Source: an uncultured Gammaproteobacteria bacterium (GTDB taxonomy: Bacteria > Pseudomonadota > Gammaproteobacteria > Chromatiales > Chromatiaceae). From it: a DNA stretch of 64,000 nucleotides. Positions 10,098 through 19,968 of this stretch are shown here, in pieces. How positions within the stretch are numbered: position 1 is the first letter of the stretch; every line of letters starts with the position of its first letter. Location of the stretch: contig CALOFM010000003.1 of the NCBI GenBank assembly GCA_942492625.1, positions 3,659-67,658 on the forward strand, in the 5' to 3' direction. The notes below the pieces were generated by a model. The model did not search any database. It was not told the DNA's origin and was given only the letters and a program-made list of their open reading frames with translations. A program made the position numbers and the translations under genes.

Positions 10098-11954
10098 ATG
10101 GGCCGAAAATCCTTGTTCGGTGCAGTTTCCGCTGCGCTAATCTCGAGCTCGGCAATAGGCCTCCTTGCGAACGGTGTGTCGTTCGCCGAGGGCCCTTCGC
10201 AGGGGCCTGACGAAGCTGTCCCATCTGCCGGAGCGAAGATCGTCAAGGGTGAGATTGCCCGAATTCGAGAGGATCTCGCGCCGCTGATCGCCTCCGCCCA
10301 GAAAAAATACCTCGTCCCGGGAATCAGTCTCGTGCTCGTGAGGGGTGGGAATATCCTCTGGAGCGAGGGCTTCGGTTTTGCGGACTTGGCGCAACGCATT
10401 CCCGCGACACCCGATACCGTCTATCGAGCCGGCTCGCTTGCCAAGCCCTTCACCGCGATGGCGGTGATGCAGCTTGCCGAGAAAGATGAGTTGGACATCG
10501 ATCAGCCTTTCAATGGCTATCTGAGTGAGTTTTCCATCCGCAGCCGCTTCGACACCACGGCCGAGCCGATCACCATCCGCAGCGTCCTTTGCCACCATTC
10601 CGGCCTGCCGACGGACTTGAATAAGGGCATGTGGACCGCCGAGCCCTACACAAAAGTTACCGAGCGTCTGCGCGAGGAATATGCGGCCTTTCCGCCGAAC
10701 CTTGTCTTCTCTTACTCGAACGTCGGCTACACGCTGCTTGGCCACCTGGTGGAGACCGTCAGTGGAATTCCCTACACGGACTACATGGATGCGCACATCT
10801 TCAGGCCATGGGGCATGACGACCAGCGGCATGGGCCCGCGCCCGAGCATGGAAGGCCTTTTCTCGAAGGGATACAGGAACGGCGAGGAGCGGGAATTGCT
10901 CCCCATACGGGATCTCCCCGCTCACGCCCTCTACACATCCGCATCGGACTTGGGCGGCTTCATGCGAACGGTGCTTTCCGGTGAGAGCGACACCGGAAAT
11001 AGAACCCTCAAACGCGAGTCGTTCGAGGAGATGTTCGAGCCACAGAACAAGGATGTGCCGCTGGATTTCGATATCGTCAACGGGCTCGGGTGGTTTCTAG
11101 AGGAAGGAACCATCCCCGGCGGAGGGCGCGTCGTGCGCCATGGCGGCACCACCCTGGCGTTCAGTTCCGAGTTGATCCTGTTGCCGGAAAAGGGCCTGGG
11201 TGTGGCTGTCCTGGCCAATGGGGATGGCTCTCGAAGCATCGTATCCAGGCTGGCGGAGGAGATCTTGTCCAGAGTCCTGGACGCGATACCGCGACCCTTG
11301 TCCGCTGGGCTTTTTCTGGATCGAATCGAACGGGATATCACGCAGTCCGAGCCGGCGGACACGGCCGGGAACTACGCCACGGATTTCGGGTTGATCTCCA
11401 TCCGCCCGAACGATGCGAAGCTTTGCGCATGCATCGTCGAGGAGACCTTTGACCTGATTCCGTATCCGAACGGCTGGTTCGGTATCGGCCAGGGAGCCAT
11501 GGCCTCGCTTCCGCCCTCGTTCAAGCCTCTGACGAAAATGCGCTTTCAGACCCAGCAGATTGACGGCAGAGAGGTGGTCGTCGCCAAGAAGGGAGAGAAG
11601 AAAGTCGTATTGGGGGAGAAAATACCCGAGGCTCCCGTTCCAGAGGTCTGGCTCAATAGGGTCGGTACCTATCAAGTCCTGAACCAGGACGAAAAGTTTC
11701 CGGTGACCGAGCCGGAGTTGAAGCTGAACAATGGTCAACTGTGCATGAGCTACAAGATGCCGGTCTTGTCCTCCAAGATGATCCAGGTGCCTTTGAAGCC
11801 GATTTCGGATACGGAGGCGATCATCCTCGGGTTGGGGCGGACCCGGGGCGAGACCCTGCGCGCAATCGATGTCGACGGGGAAGAGCAGTTGAGATACTCG
11901 GGATTCGTCGGCCGCAAGCGCCAAGCCGCTGCTCAGAGCGTGCAGAAGCCATAG
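10098..11954 (+). CDS. Secreted serine hydrolase, beta-lactamase class C / PBP family
   Basis: RBS GGAGG; signal peptide; SxxK (GSLAK), LCHHSGL, YSN and HGG motifs. Confidence 0.88.
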   Translation: MGRKSLFGAVSAALISSSAIGLLANGVSFAEGPSQGPDEAVPSAGAKIVKGEIARIREDLAPLIASAQKKYLVPGISLVLVRGGNILWSEGFGFADLAQRIPATPDTVYRAGSLAKPFTAMAVMQLAEKDELDIDQPFNGYLSEFSIRSRFDTTAEPITIRSVLCHHSGLPTDLNKGMWTAEPYTKVTERLREEYAAFPPNLVFSYSNVGYTLLGHLVETVSGIPYTDYMDAHIFRPWGMTTSGMGPRPSMEGLFSKGYRNGEERELLPIRDLPAHALYTSASDLGGFMRTVLSGESDTGNRTLKRESFEEMFEPQNKDVPLDFDIVNGLGWFLEEGTIPGGGRVVRHGGTTLAFSSELILLPEKGLGVAVLANGDGSRSIVSRLAEEILSRVLDAIPRPLSAGLFLDRIERDITQSEPADTAGNYATDFGLISIRPNDAKLCACIVEETFDLIPYPNGWFGIGQGAMASLPPSFKPLTKMRFQTQQIDGREVVVAKKGEKKVVLGEKIPEAPVPEVWLNRVGTYQVLNQDEKFPVTEPELKLNNGQLCMSYKMPVLSSKMIQVPLKPISDTEAIILGLGRTRGETLRAIDVDGEEQLRYSGFVGRKRQAAAQSVQKP

Positions 11955-11997
11955 ATTCACGGCTGGTTAGGCTGCAACTAAGCCAACAGGGTAGGCG

Positions 11998-12366
11998 TCA
12001 GCCCGCCCGCCGACAGCGAATGACGAGGGCGCTGTAAGCCAAGGCATTCACGGCGAGCACGGCGATTCCCAAGCCGATCTGTAGATCACGGGTGAGCCCT
12101 GGAGGATAAATCAGGGGGATCAAGTAGTGCTCGACGAATCCGCCCGGGTATCCCGCATCTCCGGCGCTCCGGCGCAGGGCGTTCTCAAGCGGCGTCAACG
12201 GGCAAATCCAACCACCAAGCTCGATGAGACCACCCCAAAGCGCCGCGGGGACATGGAGCCAGGCCAAAAGGGGCCAGCGCAGCACCAGCAGCCCGCCGGT
12301 TGCTACGAACAGGATGAAGCACAGGTGCAGGACGACCAATAAGTCGGCGGCGAGGGCGTAGGACAT
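11998..12366 (-). CDS. DUF2784-type membrane protein
   Basis: ADLLVVLHLCFILFV...WICPLTPLENALR...GFVEHYLIPLIYP signature. Confidence 0.85.
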   Translation of the reverse strand: MSYALAADLLVVLHLCFILFVATGGLLVLRWPLLAWLHVPAALWGGLIELGGWICPLTPLENALRRSAGDAGYPGGFVEHYLIPLIYPPGLTRDLQIGLGIAVLAVNALAYSALVIRCRRAG

Positions 12367-12720
12367 TCATCTTCCATTGCGCAATTCTCTCCCAGTGTAG
12401 CGCCGTTGCATCGCTCACCGAGAGCATGCGACTCGGTTGCGTGCGCCGCCGCGCAACGACCCGCAGGTATATCAACCGCGCGCGGACAATCGGTGCATCG
12501 GCCGGCTGCCAATCACTTGGCGGTTTCCGGCCGTGGCCCGAGGCGTGACCCCGGGAGCCGGCGATGATCGGGCCGCCTTGGTGGGTGCTCGGGTGGATCT
12601 TCTGATGTTTATCTTGACGTAAATGCCAATGCCAGCCGAGGACCGGAGAATCGTTGACCTGAACGCGTTCTTGTCGGGACAATAAAAGACCATCCGCAAA
12701 GCCCGCAGGAAACAAATGCC

Positions 12721-13332
12721 ATGAGTACGGCAGCCAAACGCCTGGTCTCGCCCCTTTCAACGATTCGCGAGCACAAGCCCGGGAGCTTCATCTTCGAACG
12801 GCCGCTGGCGCTGCCGCCCGCATTCTGTGACGAGGTCGTCGAGCGTTTCGAGGCCCATCCCGAGCAGCAGCACGAAGGCCGAATCGGTCAGATCCAGACC
12901 AAGGACCGCAGTGTCAAGGTGACCACGGACTTGGTGGTGAGCGACAAGGAGGACTGGAAGGACGTGGACCAGATGTTCTTCCGCTCGCTGGCCGCAGCCC
13001 TGCGGGAGTTCCGCGAGACCTTTGCGTACTTCAAGGGGCCGTTCAAGGATATGGGCTACCAGGTGCAGCGCTACCGGCCGGGCGAGTTCTATCACTGGCA
13101 CATCGACGGCGGCAGTCACGAGTTCAGCCAGCGCCAGCTGGTGGCGCTGTGGTACCTCAACGACGTGCCGGGCCCCGGTGGCGAGACCGAGTTCCTCTTC
13201 CAGGACGTCAGCGTTTCGCCCGAGAAGGGCAAGCTGATCCTCTTCCCGCCGTTCTGGACCCACGAGCACCGCGCGGCGGAGATGAAACAAGGCATCAAGT
13301 ACATTGCGACTACCTGGGTGGTATTCGCCTGA
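12721..13332 (+). CDS. 2OG-Fe(II) oxygenase (prolyl-4-hydroxylase-like)
   Basis: QRYRPGEFYHWHID (HxD), WYLNDV..GGETEF, WTHEH (distal His), KYIATTW. Confidence 0.88.
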   Translation: MSTAAKRLVSPLSTIREHKPGSFIFERPLALPPAFCDEVVERFEAHPEQQHEGRIGQIQTKDRSVKVTTDLVVSDKEDWKDVDQMFFRSLAAALREFRETFAYFKGPFKDMGYQVQRYRPGEFYHWHIDGGSHEFSQRQLVALWYLNDVPGPGGETEFLFQDVSVSPEKGKLILFPPFWTHEHRAAEMKQGIKYIATTWVVFA

Positions 13333-13418
13333 GGCGGGCCTCTCGCCTTTGAGGCGGAGCTGGCGGCTTCCAACTGGCGCAGCGGACTACGAATGAAACG
13401 AACCTGCTCAACAGCACG

Positions 13419-13820
13419 ATGATGAATGAGCCACCACGCCTGTTGGCCATCATGGAGCTCGGTGGCTACCCGAACCTCACACCGCTTTACAAGCGCCTCG
13501 GTTTCGAGACCCAAGTCGTCAACTCCCAACGCAAGGCCCAGGCTTACCTCAAGAAGCGTATTCCGGACGTCGTCGTCGCCGAGTACAACTTTCAATCGGA
13601 TTTTCGGGACCGCACCAGCAACCTGGAGACCCTGATGGCCCGCCTGCAGCGCCATCCCCGGGTCAAGGTCATCGTCTTCTTTCAGAGCGAGTTCCGGCAT
13701 AAGCTCGAGAATCTGCTTGCCCGGTTCCCGGTCTTCGAGGCGATCGCCTTTCCGGTAGAGCTGCAGGCTGTAGAAGCGGCTCTGCGGCGGGCGCTGGAGG
13801 GGGAGGACCAGTCACTCTGA
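13419..13820 (+). CDS. Hypothetical protein, receiver-domain-like
   Basis: Typical codon usage; alternating beta/alpha pattern (LLAIMELGG..PDVVVAEY..KVIVFF) without canonical phosphoacceptor motifs. Confidence 0.65.
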   Translation: MMNEPPRLLAIMELGGYPNLTPLYKRLGFETQVVNSQRKAQAYLKKRIPDVVVAEYNFQSDFRDRTSNLETLMARLQRHPRVKVIVFFQSEFRHKLENLLARFPVFEAIAFPVELQAVEAALRRALEGEDQSL

Positions 13821-13831
13821 AAGGTGCAATT

Positions 13832-13863
13832 CACCACGAGTTCTTCGTGTCCTTCGTGGTTGG
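13832..13863. repeat. Short dispersed repeat (AACCACGAAGGACACGAAG type) forming a hairpin between convergent genes
   Basis: CACCACGAGTTCTTCGTGTCCTTCGTGGTTGG; its reverse complement resembles 60832-60860. Confidence 0.55.
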
Positions 13864-13941
13864 ACTGTAAAATCCACGAGCACCTTAAGCATGAGTCCCC
13901 GGGAAGCGGAGCGCGGAGATCCGCCAGCTGCGAGCAGAATC

Positions 13942-14796
13942 TCAAAACCCGGAGAGCAATGTCCTGCATGCCGCCGGCACGGACGGTTTCGCCTTCGTTT
14001 TCTTTGTCGACTTCTTTGCCGGCGTCCGGGCTTCCTCGCTGAACCACCAGGCGAGTGACTTGTCGCAACCGTCGCCTGCCGGTACGGGCGCCTGCTGCTT
14101 GCATTTCGGGCTGCCTTTGGGGCACTTCAGCCGGACGTGAAAGTGGGCGTCGTGCCCCCACCAGGGGCGCAATTTGCGCAGCCACTTGCGGTCGCCTTTC
14201 TCGGACCGGCACAGGGTGCGCTTGATGGCTGGATTGACCATGATGCGGTCCACCCGCGGGTTCTCGGCCGCGGTCTTGAGCAGGAACCGTTGATGCTTAC
14301 CCCAGTCCTTGCCGAGGTCTTCTCCATCCGGGGCGACCATGCTCTTGGGATCACGGTTCTCGGGGTGCTGCTTGTCGGCGCTACGGGCCGATTTGGCCAG
14401 ACTGAACCAGATGTCCACGTCCATCCCGTTCTGATGGCTCCGGTGCATGGACGACATGAGGCCGCCGCGCGGCTGGGAGAGATCACCGACCATCATCACG
14501 CCATCGGTGCGTTTACTCAGGGCGCGGCCCAGGTCGTCGACCAGGCGAACCGTATTTGGATGGCCGTAATAACGGTTGCGATGGCGCCGAATGCTGGCGA
14601 ATCCGGTGCCTTCGGCAGGTAGGGCCTCGGCGCCGGCGATACAGCCGCTCGCCGGCCCACCGATAGCGGCGGCGGGTCCGGGCGCGGTCGCCTTCACCTT
14701 CGCCCAAGGGGAGGCGTGCGTTATTGCAGCTAGGCCGAGGCAGCCGGTAAGACAAAGTCCGAGTCCGATGTGGCGAAAGAAGATCTTGCAGTTCAT
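13942..14796 (-). CDS. mepA: Penicillin-insensitive murein endopeptidase
   Basis: Signal peptide; GCIAGA, RNRYYGHP, GDLSQPRGG, HRSHQNGMDVDIW, WWGHDAHFHVRLKCP motifs. Confidence 0.92.
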   Translation of the reverse strand: MNCKIFFRHIGLGLCLTGCLGLAAITHASPWAKVKATAPGPAAAIGGPASGCIAGAEALPAEGTGFASIRRHRNRYYGHPNTVRLVDDLGRALSKRTDGVMMVGDLSQPRGGLMSSMHRSHQNGMDVDIWFSLAKSARSADKQHPENRDPKSMVAPDGEDLGKDWGKHQRFLLKTAAENPRVDRIMVNPAIKRTLCRSEKGDRKWLRKLRPWWGHDAHFHVRLKCPKGSPKCKQQAPVPAGDGCDKSLAWWFSEEARTPAKKSTKKTKAKPSVPAACRTLLSGF

Positions 14797-14877
14797 AACA
14801 ACGGAAAAACCAATTCGATTTCTTGAGGTTACTTCAGGTTGTTCTACTTCGTTTTAACGTTTTGCGCAAGCCGGGAT

Positions 14878-15180
14878 TATCCCTGAAATCCACATACCTG
14901 CGGCACGACGGCGACCGTTACAATCCCGACCAGCACCCTTTTAGGCACGCCGATGCGCACCAAATCGGAGAAGTGGCAACTAACCCGCATTGAGTGCCTC
15001 CATGCGATGGCGCTTGGTCCCAGTCCTGGACCGCCGAGATGAAGACGGCCACCACGGGCGTGTTGTTCATAAAGGCGCTCAGGGCCGCGACGGGCACCAT
15101 GAGCCGCAAGCGTGCCTGCAAAGGGGAGCGCGGGCGCCCGAGCAAGGGCTGGATGATCCAGCCGACGATGACCTTTCGCG
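14878..15180 (-). pseudogene. Collapsed remnant of an SLC13/DASS-type (TrkA-C) anion permease
   Basis: N-terminal motif LMVPVAALSAFMNNTPVVAVFI sits about 60 nt from the family C-terminus HFSDLVRIGVP..VGIVTVAVVP* in another frame. Confidence 0.65.
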
Positions 15181-15240
15181 CACCGTCGGGGCAGCGTAGC
15201 ACCAGTGGGGCGGTGACGCTGAGCAGATACGCCACGGGGG

Positions 15241-15825
15241 TCAGCCGCCGCGCTGAAGGGCCTCGAAGCGTTCCTTGAATGCCTCTTGGCGCAGCCGCTC
15301 CGCCTCCTGCTCGGTTGCGATCGTGGGCGAGTCTTGCCAAGCGCCGCTGGCGTGATCGAAGACCGAGAAACGGTACGCCTTGCCGACTTTGAACACCTTG
15401 GTCACGTCGTTGCCTGCCTGCTCCATGGCTTCCAGCTTGCCGAGCCCAGCGCGAGCGGCCGGCTGTGCCCGGTTTGCGGGCGCCGCTGGCGCCGTTTCCT
15501 GGTGCTGTCCGATAAACTGGGTGTTCTGGATCTCGCCCCCGATGTCGATCTCCACCGAATCAATGCCCGGCATGCGGCTCAGAATATAGCCGGCCATGAG
15601 AATTCCCAGCTTCTGGTTCTCCGTCTCCAGGGCGGTGAGCAGCTTGTCGGCGACGATCTGGCAGCGCTCCACGCGATTGGGGCTCTGCACCCACTCCCGG
15701 CTCATTTGCCAGCCTCTGTCCATGTCCGCGTCCAGCTTTGCGAAGAGCTCCTCGCCCTGCGCGATCACCGCTTCGGGTACGTTGAGGCTGTACTCCTGAT
15801 CGTCGATGATGGCCTTTAGAATCAT
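15241..15825 (-). CDS. Hypothetical protein
   Basis: RBS AAGGGG, strong codon bias, DADMDRGWQMSREWV..P..VERCQIVADKLLTALE. Confidence 0.75.
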   Translation of the reverse strand: MILKAIIDDQEYSLNVPEAVIAQGEELFAKLDADMDRGWQMSREWVQSPNRVERCQIVADKLLTALETENQKLGILMAGYILSRMPGIDSVEIDIGGEIQNTQFIGQHQETAPAAPANRAQPAARAGLGKLEAMEQAGNDVTKVFKVGKAYRFSVFDHASGAWQDSPTIATEQEAERLRQEAFKERFEALQRGG

Positions 15826-15898
15826 GGCGTGCCCCTTTCATTGAAACTGTCAGCGCGGCATTCTAGCAGAGCCGCAATCGCAAAACGGATGACCGCCC

Positions 15899-16613
15899 AT
15901 GCTGTTGACCATTCCCGGCCTACTCAACCAGGCCCAGCTCGAGAAGATCCACCAGGTCCTCGCCGACGCAACCTTCGTCGACGGCAAGCTCACTACCGGG
16001 TTCGCGGCCGCCCGGGTGAAGGACAACCTGGAGATGCGGGCGGACCCTGAGCGCATGAAGCTGTTGATCCGCATCATCATGAGCAGCCTGGGCCACAACG
16101 AGGCTTTTCGTTTCGGCGTGTTGCCCCACCGGGTGGCGGACCCCATCTTCGCCCGCTACGAGCCGGGCATGGCCTACGGCGACCATGTGGACGATCCCGT
16201 CATGGGGAGCAACGGGCCGCGTTTTCGCACCGATGTCTCCATGACGGTCTTTCTCACCGAGCCGCAGACCTACGACGGGGGGGACCTGGTGATCCGGACC
16301 TCCTTCGGCGAGAAGCGGGTAAAGCTCGGGGCAGGGGGATGCGATTGTCTATCCGTCCTCAAGCCTGCACCAGGTCGCACCTGTGACCAACGGCAAGCGT
16401 TTGGTGGCACTGACCTGGATTCAGAGCTATGTGCGCGATCCGGCCCGCAGGGAGCTGCTATACGAGCTCAACCTTGCGCGTGAGAAGATGCTGAAGGAGG
16501 CGCCGGGCGCCGAGGAGACCGGCTATGTGGATCGCTCCTACGCGAATCTGCTGCGGATGTGGGCGGAGGTGTATGTCGCGCATCGAGAGGCTTGCTTGAG
16601 GGTACTTGTGTGA
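15899..16613 (+). CDS. PKHD-type Fe(II)/2OG dioxygenase (PiuC/YbiX family), +1 frameshift in G-run 16334-16338
   Basis: FVDGKLTTG, YGDHVDD, RTDVSMTVFL, YDGGDL; removing one G restores AGDAIVYPSSSLHQVAPVTNGKR...NLLRMWAEV. Confidence 0.85.
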
Positions 16614-16909
16614 AAATCAGGCCAACCCTTTTGGACACCATCAAAATCCCTCCCGAAGTGCTTTTTCAGGACGTAGCGGGAGAGGCTGTATTGCTCGATT
16701 TGTCGGGCGGCAGCTACTTTGGCCTCGACAATGTGGGCACTCGCATCTGGCAGTTATTCGTTGAACACGGCAGCCTGCAGTTAGTCCACCAGATCATGTT
16801 GGACGAGTACGCCGTAGATCCGACTCGGTGAAGGGTGATCTCCTTAACTTGCGGGCTCGCCGATGCCGGATTAATCACTCTGGACGCGGCGAATGCGGCG
16901 GCGCCTTGA
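16610..16909 (+). CDS. PqqD-family RiPP recognition element (lasso B1), apparently frameshifted near 16828-16850
   Basis: GTG overlaps the upstream TGA; EVLFQDVAGEAVLLDLSGGSYFGLDNVGTRIWQL...LDEYAVD; tail KGDLLNL and LADAGLI lie in the other frames. Confidence 0.88.
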
Positions 16910-17366
16910 GCAGTGGCGAAACCTGGCGCCCTGTGACCGCCATTTGTTTGTCCAACTCCTTCTTCTGCTTCCGGCCATTGGAGCCACGCTGCGGCTACTT
17001 GGGTTCAAGAGGACCCGTGATCTGCTGAGGCGGTTCGTGCCGCCCTCTGCCGCGTTCGAACCGAACGACTCCATAAAGATACCCTTTGCGGCCAAGCGTA
17101 TCGCCCGCTTGGTCGGAATCGCGGGCCGACATGGCCCGTACCGCGCCACTTGCTTGCGCCAGTCCCTTGCCCTCTGGTATTTGCTGCGTCGGCGCAGGAT
17201 TCCCGCGCAAATGTGCATCGGCGTGCGAAAGGAAAACCAGAAGCTGCAGGCACACGCGTGGGTGGAGTATCGGGGGACACCACTGGGGCAGGAGAGCTTG
17301 CACTACGCATCCTTCGAGGGCTTGGATCCGAGGGATGGGCATTATTGCGCCCACCAAGATCAATGA
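16893..17366 (+). CDS. Lasso peptide leader peptidase (B2, transglutaminase-like)
   Basis: Catalytic motifs CLRQSLAL, IGVRK and AHAWVE. Confidence 0.92.
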   Translation: MRRRLEQWRNLAPCDRHLFVQLLLLLPAIGATLRLLGFKRTRDLLRRFVPPSAAFEPNDSIKIPFAAKRIARLVGIAGRHGPYRATCLRQSLALWYLLRRRRIPAQMCIGVRKENQKLQAHAWVEYRGTPLGQESLHYASFEGLDPRDGHYCAHQDQ

Positions 17367-17478
17367 GTCGACCGCCCCCGCCCGTTGCGATTTCGTCTAG
17401 TTGGGCCTGATTTAGTGGAAGGTCCCGGGGCCGGCATCGTTTTGTCTTCGCGCCGAGTTGCTTTCGCCGGGTCGTGAG

Positions 17479-19456
17479 ATGAGCGGCATCTTCGGACTCT
17501 TCCACGGCGACGGCGCCCCGGTCTCGCCCGACGACCCGGGGCGTATGGCTTCCCTGCTCGAGACTCGCGGGCCCGAGGCAACCGGTGTTTGGAGAGCAGG
17601 GGACGTAGGCCTTGGGCACACCCTGCTGGCGACAAGCGCGGAGGCCGTACTAGAGAGGCTGCCGCTTCGCAACGGCGCCACCGGCTGCGTCATTACCGGC
17701 GACGTTCGCCTGGACAACCGCGACGAATTGCTCGCAGCTCTGGGGCTCTCCGAGCGCACCGCCACCATCGGTGACGTGGAGATTATCCTGACGGCCTACC
17801 TCGCATGGGGCGAGTCCTGCGTCGAACGCTTGCTCGGCGACTTCGCGTTCGCCGTCTGGGACCCCCGCCGCCGCGCCCTCTTTTGCGCCCGCGACCACTT
17901 TGGCATGCGGCCCCTCTACTATTACCATTCTGAAAGGCGTCTCTTCGCTTTCGCGTCCGAACCGCGGGCGATCCTGGTCCTCGCGCAGGTCCCCTATCGG
18001 ATCAACGAGCGCCGCATCGCCGATTTCCTGGTGAACGAGCTCGAAGGCATCGACAAAACCAGCAGCTTCTTTGTCGAGGTCTATCGCCTGCCGCCGGCCC
18101 ATACGATGACGGTGACGGCGGACGGCGCCAGCCAGAGGCGCTATTGGACGCTTGAACCCGGTCCTGAGCTGCGCCTGCCGTCCGACGAGGCGTACGCGGA
18201 GGCGTTTCTGGAGGTGTTCACCGAAGCGGTACGTTGTCGCCTGCGCAGCGCCGGACCGGTGGGCTCTATGCTCAGCGGCGGAATGGACTCCGGGTCGGTG
18301 GTGGCAGTCGCGCGGAAACTTTTCGCCGAGCAGGGGGCGAGGACCCTTCCCTACCTTTTCTGCTACCGCACCCGAGTCGGTGACCTGCATCGAAACGCAA
18401 GCCATCCATGCCGCACTGACCATGAGCGGGCTGAACCCCCACATCGTGCATCACGGGCAACTGGACGAGCTCATGCCGGAATTGGAAGAGTTGACTTGGA
18501 ATCTGGAGGAACCCTTCGACAACCACATGACCTTGCCCCGCGCCATATACCTTGCCGCTCACCGCCGGGGTTTCAAAGTGCTTCTCGACGGCGTGGCAGG
18601 GGATAACGTACTTGCCGAGGGCACCCATGTGGCTCGTCTACTGCGACGCGGGCGTTGGCTGACGGCATTTCGCGAAGTCGTCGGCCTAAACCGGTTCTGG
18701 GGGCGTGAGTACTACCCCATTTGGATCGAGCTGCCCCGGAGCGCATGCGCAGCATTCTTACCCAGTTCGATTCGGCGCCTGCTCCGTTCCAGAAGTTTCC
18801 AGCACGATAGCCGCGAGTCGATCATCAATCCAGCGTTTGCCGAACGCATTCACCTGGCCGAGCGCCTGAAGGCGTTGGAAGGACATCGATTGGTCGGCTC
18901 GTCGGTTTCGTATGGCGTGGAAACGGCGCGATCCATAGACCATCCCTATCTCACCGTGGGCCGCGAACGCTATGACCGCGTGGCGGCAGCCGTTGGATTG
19001 GAACCCCGGGACCCCTTTCTGGACCGGCGGGTCGTTGCGCTTTGCCTGACCTTGCCGGGCGAGCAGAGATTGGGGGGTGGCTGGCCCAAGGTCATCTTGC
19101 GCCGGGCCTCGGCGGGACGGATGCCAGACGCGGTGCGCTGGCGCCGGGGCAAGGAGCATCTGGGTTTTGCGTTTACCACGGCGCTGATGGCCCAAACGCG
19201 AGCGCGAATCCGGCGGGTGATCGAGGCGAACAAGGAGCATCTGCTAGAATACGTCAGCCACGAAAGCCTACAAACGGTCGGCTCGGATTCCTTTGACGAG
19301 GCCGACTTCGCGGTAGACGAAGCAGTATACGAAATCGCGCATTTGGCCGCCTGGATGGGTCGCCATTTCGCGCGGCCTCAGGCGCGGCGAGTAGATAGCA
19401 GCGTTAGAGTTCCCCGTATTCCGCCGATCTCAAGGAGGAGCCAATCATGGCCTTGA
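17479..19456 (+). CDS. Lasso cyclase (asparagine synthetase-like), +1 frameshift in G-run 18333-18337
   Basis: MSGIFG start (Ser replaces the glutaminase Cys), RLDNRDEL, GDFAFAVWD, ARDHFGMRPLYY, PP-loop LSGGMDSG, then LDGVAGD and RDPFLDRRVV in the next frame. Confidence 0.88.
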
Positions 19457-19863
19457 TGTACCCGACCATTGCGTACGGGGGGGGGGGGGAGCAGGGGAGA
19501 GATGAGGGGGCAGCAGCGCCTCGGGGGGGTCTCTCGGGCGGGTTGAAGACCCCCCGAAGGCCGCACAGTGATGGGAGGGACAGGGGGGGCAGGGGGACAC
19601 AGAATGAGAATCACAGGGCTTGGGCGGTGGGTCCAGGTCCGGGGGGGGGGGGGGGGGGCGGGGGGGGGGGGGAGGGGGGCGGGCGGAGGCGGGGGAAGAT
19701 CAGAAAGATGCCGGCGCCGCAATTTAGAGCGCCGCCCCTATCAATCACCGAGTCTGATCCTGTATGGCGCCGTAGCGGGAAATTGACCGCGTCGGGGTCG
19801 AAGGCCAGGGAGCGGAAGGGGCAGAACGCTGGATCTAAGATGAACCCGAACAAGCGTTCTTAA
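19447..19863 (+). CDS. Lasso precursor peptide (5' part unresolved; reconstructed leader end and core at 19739-19863)
   Basis: RBS AAGGAGG before ATG 19447. YQSPSLILYGAVA (19739-19777) joins KLTA-SGSKARERKGQNAGSKMNPNKRS* when two bases at about 19778-19779 are removed, giving YxxPxLxxxGxxxxxT. Confidence 0.78.
   Translation: MALMYPTIAYGGGGEQGRDEGAAAPRGGLSGGLKTPRRPHSDGRDRGGRGTQNENHRAWAVGPGPGGGGGGGGGGEGGGRRRGKIRKMPAPQFRAPPLSITESDPVWRRSGKLTASGSKARERKGQNAGSKMNPNKRS
19477..19700 (+). other. Poly-G low-complexity tract, probably a sequencing/assembly artefact
   Basis: Several G runs longer than 10 nt, unlike anything else in the window. Confidence 0.75.
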
Positions 19864-19968
19864 CAGCGTCTCTATAGAACCCCCTTGCGCGTTGACAGCT
19901 GCCCTTGAGGATTTTTGTTGGTTCGCGGCAGAAGCTCTCTTTCTGGCCAGGACGTAACGCGAGACGAG

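Noticed and set aside
12721-16613. The two 2OG-Fe(II) oxygenases as lasso hydroxylases
   Set aside because: One is separated by unrelated genes and the other is a standard PiuC/YbiX type; only adjacency supports a link.
17479-19456. Housekeeping asparagine synthetase asnB
   Set aside because: Lacks the N-terminal Cys and lies between B2 and a lasso precursor.
19477-19700. G-quadruplex or Gly-rich peptide
   Set aside because: Looks like poly-G sequencing failure, not biology, until reads show otherwise.
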